Shown here piece after piece: positions 43,101 through 55,100 of a stretch of 64,000 nt of DNA (positions are counted from its first letter, which is position 1; the number at the start of each line of letters is the position of its first letter). The notes below the pieces were generated by a model. It saw nothing but the letters and a program-made list of their open reading frames with translations, made no database searches and was not told the origin of the DNA. This DNA comes from Octopus bimaculoides (lineage: Eukaryota). The stretch is from contig NC_068999.1 of assembly GCF_001194135.2 (NCBI RefSeq), forward strand, positions 22,080,007-22,144,006. Direction: 5' to 3'. A program made the position numbers and the translations under genes.

Positions 43101-46100
43101 TATTTTTTTAAAAAATTAATAAAATGTTTATTCTTATTCTGCATTGGATTGAATTAAATTGCCTATGTTCAGTTCACTGGAGGATGAAGGCCTCAGCATG
43201 TTCTACCTAAGCTAGTCTGAAGTAAGAGGATTGTTATAGAGCATGGTTTAGCAACATAGTTTTCTTTAACAGTTATAATTTGGTGCTGTTTGATTCTTAC
43301 TAACTACATGGTTTTGGTACACTGGGCAGGGCTATAGTCATATGAGCACATTTAGCAGACAGAAACTGAAAGAAGCCTGTCATACCTATCTATCTATCTA
43401 TCTATATATATGAAATAAATCGTTTTTAATGGTAGAATTCGAAGTTAAACCTGCTTCTGTCTCTCCTGCAGGTGCTAACCTGCAACAGGTTAAGAGAACC
43501 ATTAACAACATTGATCTCACCATTTCAGAGGGTCTGTAAAGGACATGGGCACTACTCCTTCCTCTGGGCCCAACAAATGAAAAAAAAAAAAAATGTCCAA
43601 AGTGTTGGCCTCATGATTGCAAAATAATGGGTTTGTTTTCTGTAGCAGACTTTATGTGAAGCTCTTGAACAAGGCACTTCATTTCACATTGTTCCAACCA
43701 CTTGGCTGAAAATGAGTAACATTTGCAACTGGGGTTAACCTTGGGATAGGCTAGCATCTGATGTAAGGGAAGCCTTCATGGGTAGGAGTAGCAACTTCCC
43801 GACACTTTATCAACTATAGAAAGATTTATCACGATAGCCGTAGTTAACTATGGCCTTGACTAACACACACAGATACAGTACAACAGAACAATAACAAATT
43901 TCTTTGGTGGAAATAAAAGTATCTATCTTTCTGAACAGTTAAGTGTGATAAGGCCATCATTAGATTATAATTAAGAAACATTCAAAGTTGATTTCAAAAT
44001 TATAAATAAAAATAACTTACTTTGATTTCACTAAAATGATTGCATTTTTGGCATTTATAGCTTTATTGATGGTTTCATTAAAAGTTTGAATGTCTTCACA
44101 GGTGTAATCACCCCAATTGTTGTCATTAATGTTAGTGATTTTATTTTTCCCCTCTTCATATGAATAGAATTCTCCATGATACCAAGATGGGAAAATACAG
44201 GCTGTAATACATAAAAAGAAATAGATTTTTTAAAACAAAATTTTAAATTGTATTCCTACATAAAGTCCATGTTAAGGTTATCTAGATATTATTTTATATT
44301 GGCTATTATTTTATATTGTGAAATAGAATATGAACATTATTAATACAGAAGGGAGGTAAACAAGAGTTGCAATTAATAAAATAAGTGTCAGAGATGTAAA
44401 TAACAGAATACAATATTTACAAATACAACAAGAAATGTAAAATATAAACAGTAGGAGTGCATCATTAGAACTTAATATGTAGAAAGTTTTTGTTCTTTCT
44501 TATTATCAAGTATAATAAATTCCATGCCCTTCTACTGTTACATTTGTGCAACTATTTGTTTTCTAACCAGCATCTAAGTAGTCAGGTACTCCAAAGATAA
44601 GATACCTTGAATGTTGTAATCACCTTGTTTTTGATGCTAGTTATATGTAAGTTACTCCTTGACCAGATCCAGTTAGAATTCTTTATGATTGATTTTGCCA
44701 TTGCTTTTTGGGCTCTGGTCTTATTTTCCCAGATATTGAGAGCTGTTTCATGAGATCATAAGCAGATTTGCCCACAAACCAGTTTTCTCTCATTTCTATG
44801 GCAAGGTATCAGATTATTTCAAGTTGTTAGTTAACCCGATAAGTTTTACAGCCTTGCAGATCTTGGCTTCCTCTATTCTGCTTTCATATGGAACAATGAG
44901 TTCAGTGAGAATCACTTGTTTTGAGGAAAATAAGTGGAGTACAGTATCTGATCTCAAACAACTCTTGTTGACTTATTCATTCTCTTTTGGAAGTTATCCA
45001 CTCCATCCAGTAGACTCCACCAGCATTATCCAGTTGGCACAACTGTTTCAAGCCATAAACTTTTTCCATGTGATGTGCAGACCATTGGTGGAGCTTCTGC
45101 TAGCATAGTCTTTCCTCTTGCAGTGCAAATCTGTGTGTTTCCATTAGGCTATTGTTGCCTTGTAGGAGATCAGCACATATTCCACTATTTGCCTTGACAG
45201 AACAGGTATACACGAACACCTGATTTCTACCATTTCACCAGGTTTGTATTCAAAGACAGGAGGTCATATACAGATCTAAGGGCAAAGCTGATCCTAAAAG
45301 GAACCACCACATGCCATGTTATTCTAGCTGAGACTTCTTTGGAATGCATTCTCCCACAATGTCTATTATACCTCAGGAGCCAGCTGGGTCATCTTGCGTG
45401 AGACTGATCCACAGGGCCAGATCAAGCCAAATGACATTAACTTCCTGTTACTTTGCTCTAGTTCTATGGATTACCTTCTCCAAACACTCTGTACCACTAA
45501 GCCAATATATACACGAACAAGTAGAATGAGCGACTTCAACAGTGACACACTCACGCACACACATAGATACACATACACACAAATTAAAGGCAATGAATGT
45601 GTGTGTGTGCGACTGTGTGTGTTTGCTGTTCACTGACAAAACTTTGTGCTGCATTACTTTTGTGAAGTTTTCTCAGTGAACAGGTCGTGGTTTCAAAGTG
45701 AAGAAAACATTTTGACACAAATGAAAATTTTATGTTCAAGTGAAACTGGTACTACTTAAATACAGGTGTTGTGTACAAAACATTTTAAATGTATGCTGTG
45801 TGGACGTGTAATGACACCCTAACCCTAACTAACTCTATAACTAGCCCTAACCTTAACCCTAAAAACTAACCCTCCCCTTCATATCGTTACATAGATGCAT
45901 CAGGACCTTTGTATTTTAGTAGTACCATTAAACTAATGGTTTCTGTGTGTTCTTGAATGGCTTACAAACATCTACGCTGCAATTGTTTTTGCTTCAGCAC
46001 ACGATCTCAGATCAAGTCACTAGCTATGCAAGTACATCTCCGTAATTTTTTTAATCACTGTGGATAAATGCCAAACAATGACCTTCTCAAGCTCTCCAAT

Positions 46101-49100
46101 ATTTTAATTTCTAAACAGAAACAATTGGGAGCAGGAAGTGGGGTTGCAAAAAATTCATAATTTCTGAAATTTTCTTTTTTATAGCATATAAATGTATTTA
46201 TGGGGAAAAAATATTGAAAAACATCGATACATGCAAGAGTGATATAGAAACGAGGAGGGTTGTCATTGGATGTGCTAGAAACAACAGCCAAATCGCCCTT
46301 AAATCACTCTGAAAATATCAATTTAAAAAAAAAATTTTACCAAAAATTCTCTTCCTATGGTTTTGAAGTGCCAAAAAAATTGGCCAAAATAGGTCTGATG
46401 AAGGAGGGGGTGTAAAGAAAGCTTACAAATCTTTTTTCATAANNNNNNNNNNNNNNNNNNNNNNNNNNNNNNNNNNNNNNNNNNNNNNNNNNNNNNNNNN
46501 NNNNNNNNNNNNNNNNNNNNNNNNNNNNNNNNNNNNNNNNNNNNNNNNNNNNNNNNNNNNNNNNNNNNNNNNNNNNNNNNNNNNNNNNNNNNNNNNNNNN
46601 NNNNNNNNNNNNNNNNNNNNNNNNNNNNNNNNNNNAAATTTCTTTATAATCGTAATCTATGCTGTTTGAAAGGGATTTATATAAATTTTCATTAAAAGCT
46701 ACCCATCTTCCTGAAAGTTGTGAGGGAAAAAAGTCAGATTGTGTGAATTTTCCGAAACTCCTGTCCACCCCCTCACAAAAATTCTTTCCCATAAATCTTT
46801 ATATTCTCTGAAGCCACAACATCTAAGCAGTATTTGTAGAAAATTTTGTTAAAAAGTATCCATTTTTCTGGATGTCATGAGGCAACAAAGTCGGGGGCAT
46901 ATACACCTGTAATGATGCCCTTTTATTTATATGATTTTTTCATTTCATGTTCATTTCAATCATTGTATGCAATGTTCTCTCTCTCTCTCACACACACACA
47001 CTGCAAAGCTTACAGATGGGCTGCTGAATTGAAATCTCTATGTTGCTTTGAGGGGAAGGTAAAACTTGACAAACTGCTTCTCCCTCTGTTGTTGGACTAC
47101 CGTAATGTCTGTTTAAAAACGAGAGATTATGACTGTGATAAAATAACGAAAGAAATACTTGTTAAGCAAGTGAGCATTATTATACAAAGAAATAATTAGA
47201 CATAGAATATAAAAATTATTAGAATTGGGAATCAAATGTGAAAATATTATCAAGGGGTTAGCACAAAACCACCCAAAGGGCGATCTTTCTGCTAGTTTAT
47301 AATGTTTCCATATTTTAATAGATACTTATTTATAAAAATCTCATTATAATGATTGATTCACCAACATTTTATTCTCAAATAACATTTTGAATAACTATCA
47401 GAAACAGTTCTGATCTCTATTCCTTCCTCAGTGAAATATTGTTCTTGCTGGTCTAATTGAAACATTTAACAAATTTTGTTCTTTTATATTAGTACTCCGG
47501 TAGTCATTAGATAGCTTATTCCAGAACCATTTATGTATTCTTATGATGAAAGCCAGTTTGTATGTTAACAATCAATTTTGATAACTAATTGCATAAAAAA
47601 GACTATCTAGTCAATCACCTTGCTAGAAATCCTAACCAAATTCATTCAAACCTCACCCTATTATCTTGAAAAGAAAAGTCAGGATACACTGGCTCATGTA
47701 GTCTTTGATATACAAAAAGACAGTCACAACTGGAAAAACTTTTAACCATAAGATTGCTGAATTAGGGTTGACCTGGGACTATCGAAATCATCTAATATCT
47801 ATTTTCCATGATGGTATGGGTTGGATGGTTTGACCGAGTTTGATGAGCTGCAGAGCTACATCAGGTCCCAGTTGACATTGTTTCTACAGAGCGATGCTCT
47901 TCCTAATGCTAACCATAGATGATGGTGCCAGAGCGTACTCTCAAGGTGCTAGAAGGTGAATATAAGGGAGAATATAGATTGTGGATCAGGAAGGAAGGAA
48001 AGGATGGGTAATTTCATAACAATAATACTAAGAAATGATTATGAGTTGTAATTGTCTGGTAACTGACTTGATGTGAAATGTGTCAGAAGTGAAACATCAT
48101 AGAGGAATCATGCTAGCCTTTTAAAACTGACATGTACTGTTACATTAATTTCATTTTACATTGATACATAATAATGTATTTTTCTTCTTCATTTTAGCTA
48201 CCATGTCCAGAATATAGGGCATAAACAATCATGTCTTGCCATGATTCTCTGTTCCTTGCTTTCTGTAACAGTTCCACTTCCTGATGTTTAATGCTTCTTT
48301 CATCCAGCCACTTCGTCAAGCTTGACATCCATATCATCCTACTCCTTCCTCTGCTTCTTTTCCCTTCAATCTTTCTGGTCGTTGCTAAATTCTCCAGGCT
48401 CTCTTTCCTAATCATACGACCAAGAAATCTCCATTGCATAGCTCCTATCTCATGAAGCAGTTTCCTATTTACCACAGCTTGGGTCATCAATTTTTCATTA
48501 GACACCTTTTCTGTCCATGTTCTCCTCATTATTCTCCTTAAGAACCACATTTCACAGCTCTTCAAGTACTTTCTCATTCTTGATGTTATAGACTTTGTCT
48601 CACTTCCATACATTGACACAGAGTGGACATAGCAATTTAATATGTAGATCCTGGTTATTGATGATCAGAGTATGGTTTCTCAAGATGTTATACAATACTT
48701 AGAAAGCAGATTTTGCCAGCACTATTTGTCTTCTGATCTCTTTCACACATCTTGAATCTCTTGTGATCAAAGTTTGAAGGTAGTTGAAAGATGATACCTG
48801 CTTAATGATTTAGTTGTTCCCTTTCAGCATACACTTTGTGTTTCCCTTCTTTGTCATCACCATACACTCTTTGTTTTCTTGCAATTTATGAACAGACTCT
48901 TCATCTTACTTTCTCTAACCACTACATCCAGAAGTCTCTGAAGCTCCTTTTCCAATTCTGCAAGTAAAACTGTGTCATCTGCCTATCTTATGTTTGTGAT
49001 GTTTCTGCCTCCAACTCGAAGACCTTTTTCCTTCTTCAGTTCTCTTATGCTCAATTCATTATAGTAAGTGAAGAGACCTGGTGACATACACCCTTGTCTA

Positions 49101-52100
49101 ACCCCTCTCCTGATGCCAGTGTATTCACTGCATTCTCCAGCCACCTTTATGCATGTCAATTGGTTCCAATACAGGCTCTACAAGATTCAGCAGGCTTTCC
49201 TATGCAGATCAAGGTTATTGAGCTCTTCCGATAACATGCTATCTCTTACTTTGTTGAAGGCCCGACTCATGAGACTAATTGTGGGATGATGCTCCCACTG
49301 CTCCTGATTTCTTCAGGAGTGCAATAAATTGAACAAACTAAATAAATAGCTATCCTTGGAGTTGATTGAATGATTCAGATTTTGGACAGTGTAGTGAATA
49401 TATGCTTTTCAACTCTAGGCACAAGGCTCGAAATTTTGAGGGAGGGGACCAATTGATTAGATCGACTCCAGTATGCAACTAGTATTTAATTTATCGACCC
49501 CAAAAGGATGAAAGGCAAAGTCAACCTTGTCGGAATTTGAAGTCAGAACATAAAGACAGATGAAATACCGCTAAGCATTTCACCCAGCGTGCTAACATTT
49601 TTACTAGCTTGCTGCCTTAGTAGTGAATGTATGACCTTCTTAAAGATTAACTACATCATTTCATACCCCACTTCCATTTTAGTAGTACGTTCTCAAAAGT
49701 CTTGCATTCTGAATATACCACAATTTCTTTTGAAAGTCCTGCTGTTGACCAAGTTGTAGGAGGCCACTAACATATTTTGCTTAATGCATTTTAGTGAAAC
49801 AATATCCTAAAATATCTAAAAACCTATTTCTTATTCCCAAGTTTAAAATTTTGATCAAAATAAATGCCATCTCAGCTTGTCATTGCTCAATTTGATATTC
49901 AGAAAATACAAGCCAATCTTGTGATTTTTAGCTCAAAATTCTGCGTTAGGCCTAAATTCAAATAAAATTCTTTCGAGTAGTTTTTGTTTGCCTTAATGAT
50001 AAAATTTGGGTGAATGAAACTGGAGGATATTTATGGATTGAAGATGTGTGGAACAGGCACTCAAGTAGAGTAAGAAGGGAAAAGAGCTTGTTGGTTAAGG
50101 AAATTTCCAGAACCCATTTAACAACATCAAGAAGCATATAGAATAAAATAATACTATAACCACAATCTATATCTTATTTTTTACTGAATTCAATCATTGG
50201 ACTGTGGCCATCTAGAGCACTCTTTAGAAGAGTTTAGTAAAAAAAAAAAAAAAATCAACAGTAGTGCTTATTTCATAAGCCTGGTACTTGTTCTATTGAA
50301 CTTTTTTGCTGAACTGCTAAGTTATGGGGATGTAAACAATCCAACACCAGCTATCAAGCAGTGTGAGGGTCAAACACAACACAAAGCCACACACACACAC
50401 ATTGACAAGCCAGCAAATTTTCAGGTGAAACTAGTCTAGTGAACTAGCTTTGCTTATGGGGTGATTATCTCCCCTGTCAGTATATGAAAATGTGCTTCCT
50501 TGCAGCTCTAAGAGTTTTAACTCTTATTTCTAGCAATATAAATACTACCTAGCACCATCAGATACAATTAGTAACAACTGAATTTTTCCTTTTTGGTTTT
50601 ATTCTGAGTATAGCTGCCTTCGTTATTTTGTAACTTTCACATTAACATTTCACTAAATCAGCCATAAATTTATATGATAAATATATATGCTGACAGTTTG
50701 GATTTAGCCAAACCATTCAGTAATGGAGTAGTCACTACTGACAAGCCTGCAATTTTACAGGCAAAACTAGTCTAGTCTAGTGAACTAGCTTTGCTTATGA
50801 GGCAGTTATCTCGCCTGTCAGTATATGAAAATGTGCTTCCTTGCAACTTAAATGCTTTCTTTGATGTCTATGTCCTTCACTCCAGTTCATGGACAAAGAC
50901 AATATTAAACTGTACTTCCACTACTAAAATTATACCAATTTGTTGTCACAAAGGATTGTTCTGAATTTGGATTCTTCAAAGTGAGTTCTTTGTTCAACAC
51001 CAGCCTGTCCTTAACTGCATGACTTGAATTGGCTGTTTTTATTTCATCTTTGTGTTCTTATGATGTGAACAGAGTCTCTCTTACAATAATGGATCCCTTT
51101 TGAAATATTGTTCATCTACAAATAAACAATATCACAGCTACCGTCTATTTTAACCAAACAATGTACAACCACAGAGTATTCACACACACACACATCACAC
51201 CCTACTCAACAACATAAAATACAAATTGTCATTCACTAGTTGACTCACTTTATATCAACAAAAACTGCTTACCATGTCTGGCAATAAGAACTTGGCAAAT
51301 TGCCCACCAATGGACTTTATGTACCTCATTTCTTTGATCATAAGCTCCTTACCAAATTGCAACCTTGCATTATGTGCTAACCTGGCTCTCCCCAACCTAT
51401 ACTATTAACTCAGGAGTATTCCAAAGCTTAGTATTCCTTTTGGTGTATTAACAATTCACTCTTCCTTAACCTTCTGCCCCCTCACTAGTCATAATACCCA
51501 GCTAACACATCAGAGTCATTACAAATACAATAGTTAGCAATTCTTTGATAATTTCATACGGCTACCTTATATATTACCTTGACCAGCCAGACTGTTGAAT
51601 GTCATTTGCAATCTACCAGCCACAACATTTCATTCTCGATCTCACCCACCTTCTCCATTATGGTACCCTTATTCTCTTTATATCATCAATCCACCTGAGT
51701 GGAGGCCTTCCAAGTAGTAGTTTCCACTTATTCAGGTACCACTTAACTGCACGGGGCCACTGATTATTAGTACACTCTATAACATTTCTGGTCCATCTGA
51801 GCTTGTTCAGATGGTATTTGGTGAGAATGTCCTTCACTCCAGTTCTTTCACAAATCTGCTCATTTCAGATGTGATCTCTCAAGGAGATTCCCAGCATCAA
51901 CCTTTTGATAGCTCTTTGTGCTGATATTAACCACTGTTCCTCCTCCTTCATTGTAACCCACATTTCACTTGCATAGAGCATTGCAGGTAGAACCATGCTG
52001 TTGAAGAGATTTGCATGAGTGGCTTTGTTGAGGTTTGCTTTCAGCATATCCTTCACTGAATAAAACGCTCTCCAGCCTGATCTTATTCTCTGTGAAATCT

Positions 52101-55100
52101 CATTATTCATGTTGTATCCCATGGTTATAGCTTGGTCAAGATACACATAACTTTCCACCTCCTTGATTTCATCTCCAACCACAACTTGACTGAGTATCAT
52201 GTCCTTGGGCTGCTTGTACTTTGTTTTTGCACAATTGATCCTTAGGCTGACTGCCAAACTGCAGGTATCCAGCTTGTCCAGCATGATCTGTAACTGCCCA
52301 TGTGATGAATGTAATATCATCTGCAAACCAGAGATGGGTGAGCAGCTCACTATTGATTTGCATGTCACTGTTCCAGTCAATTTCTCTGATGATCATTTCA
52401 AAACATGCTGCGATGAGTTTTAGAGATGATATCTCTTTGTCTGACTCACTTCTCAACTGAGACACATACAGGTGATGATAACAAGGCCATGGCTGTAGGG
52501 CACTCCGAATTTGTCTCTCTAAGGAGGTTCATGTATTGTGCTGCAACACCTTGCTTCACGAAGCTGAAGATCTTTTTATAGTCAATGAATATGACACACA
52601 GAGGCAACCAGTGCTCTTTCACTTGCTCAAACAACTGTATCAGAATAAATGTGTAATCCATTGTGCTGAAGTTCTTTCTAAATCCTGCCTGTTCATCAAA
52701 CTATTGCAATAATTAGCATACAATTATATTCATAAACAGATTGTATATGTGAGACAGGAGATATATTGGGTGATAGTTCCTGAAATCACCCTTCTTGTAC
52801 AACAGGATGGTGTTCGGTTCTTTCCATTGTGAGGGTATATGACCTTCTCTTATGTAGTGACTGAAACACAGAGCAAGGACTTGCCACAGCTGCTCTATGC
52901 CAGCCTACGTTTCAGATGTTATACCATCCTAGCCCAGTGCTTTGCTCTTTTTCAAACTGTCACACCAAAACAGATGGTACTTCTTGTACTCTGTATGACA
53001 ATGGAGGATGACTGCCACAGTAGATTTGAAGATATTGGTGTAGAAGGTTTGGCAAATCTCCATTTCCTCCTTTCCATTCACTTAAGTGCTCACTACNNNN
53101 NNNNNNNNNNNNNNNNNNNNNNNNNNNNNNNNNNNNNNNNNNNNNNNNNNNNNNNNNNNNNNNNNNNNNNNNNNNNNNNNNNNNNNNNNNNNNNNNNNNN
53201 NNNNNNNNNNNNNNNNNNNNNNNNNNNNNNNNNNNNNNNNNNNNNNNNNNNNNNNNNNNNNNNNNNNNNNNNNNNNNNNNNNNNNNNNNNNNNNNNNNNN
53301 NNNNNNNNNNNNNNNNNNNNNNNNNNNNNNNNNNNNNNNNNNNNNNNNNNNNNNNNNNNNNNNNNNNNNNNNNNNNNNNNNNNNNNNNNNNNNNNNNNNN
53401 NNNNNNNNNNNNNNNNNNNNNNNNNNNNNAAGCTTATATGTACCTATAACTGTAGAACTTTGGTACAAGGGACTGGACTGAACCATCTAATGGAAGAGAA
53501 GGGTAAGATCAAGTGTGATGTGTTAGGACTTTGTGAAATGTGTCAGAGAAATGAGTTGAATGCAAAATGGAAGGATGGACGCATTGTGAGATTGAGATAT
53601 GCAGAAGGTCCTCAAGCAGTCAGAGGCATCGGGTCCATTGTCAGCAAGGAATGGGCTGATAAGAGTGCTAAATGTTCAACCCCAGAAAGTCAACCATGAA
53701 GATCATGAAAGCCTACAGTCCCACCAATGGCAATGTGGAAGATTTTTATGATGAGCTGGAACAAGTTCTAGTCGGTAATTCCACATACACTGCTGTGATG
53801 AGACCTCAATGCAAAGGTGAGCAAAGGACGACAGGCTCGGAGAGTGGAATGAGAGAAGAGAGCATTTGGCCCATGGCAGAGGTGAAAAGGCTGTACATTG
53901 GGCACAGCCTACTCAAGAAGATGGAGAAGAACTGGGCCTGGATAGCATCAAATGCAAAAGACCAAAAGATCGACTACATTCTGGTCAATAAATGACACAT
54001 TACAAGATGTCTTGCTACATAAACTGGAATCTCTTTTTAGAGCACAAAAAAAAAACCTTCAACCCCAATCAAAGTTCATCTATGAACCTCCACTGGAATA
54101 TTGTTCACATGTGAAGACAATATTCTGTTTCTATGCACACACCAATATCCAAAAGAAAACTTTTCAATTGAATTGCAAAAGTTTGCCTTGCTGTTTCTTC
54201 AGACTACCATTTCTACCAATTGCAACAGTTTCTTCTCTCCTGAACTAGTTAGCTGTACATCTTATCTACCTAAAACCCACCTAGGCAACTGGTTTGTCTT
54301 CAAAGATTCTATCTTAACCATTTTACCCAGTCCGCCTCTTCCTCTTCATGTATGTACCTCTGGAATTTTAAACTAGCCCATCTTTCTGCAAACGTCAAGA
54401 GAATATAGTGTTTAGGTCTATATTGTGTTCTGTTCATGTATTTACGTTCTTATCTAACATCGACCGCCAATATTTAAAATGAACATTAACCTCAAACCTC
54501 TCCAGTTTGGAAAGACTTCTTTTGACGAACATATTACATAAAATAACAATTAAAAAACATGCTGATACGTTCAGCATAACGTAATAATAATATTACTATA
54601 TTAAGAATATTCTAAAATCTTGCCTACTTCGAGGGATCATAAAACATGCACACAAAAATATCAACAGCCACATTCGGCATAACTACAGGGTTTTACCCAA
54701 AGCCGTTCATCGAACAACTAATTCTAATTAAATGCGAGTCAACAAATTAAAACTACAGTTGGTATTCTACCGAAAGAATTCCTTATTGTTTTTAAAAGCT
54801 GACGTGAAATCTCGACGAATTGTGGTTAAAATTCATTTTCCTTTTAAATCTAAAAGAATTCTTGGCGTGGATTGTAAGTATAATATGAAGGTCAGATCAT
54901 TGAACATTACTACCATGGTATCCTGTGGATCAATTAAAACGTTTTTTTTTTTTTTTTTAATCTCAAGGAGGTACAAAGCTTTGCGTATGATGCAGTGAAT
55001 GAGAATATATGACCTTCTTACTTTTTACAATAGTATAAGTGATAGGAAGTGCAATGGCCACAATCGAGAAGAGAAACTATGTCGCGGACTAAATAAAATG

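Noticed and set aside
45816-45872. CCCTAA-like repeats (also about 7770-7805 and 57181-57196)
   Set aside because: Short, degenerate and interstitial; at 57.2 kb clearly inside a MITE. Not telomeres.
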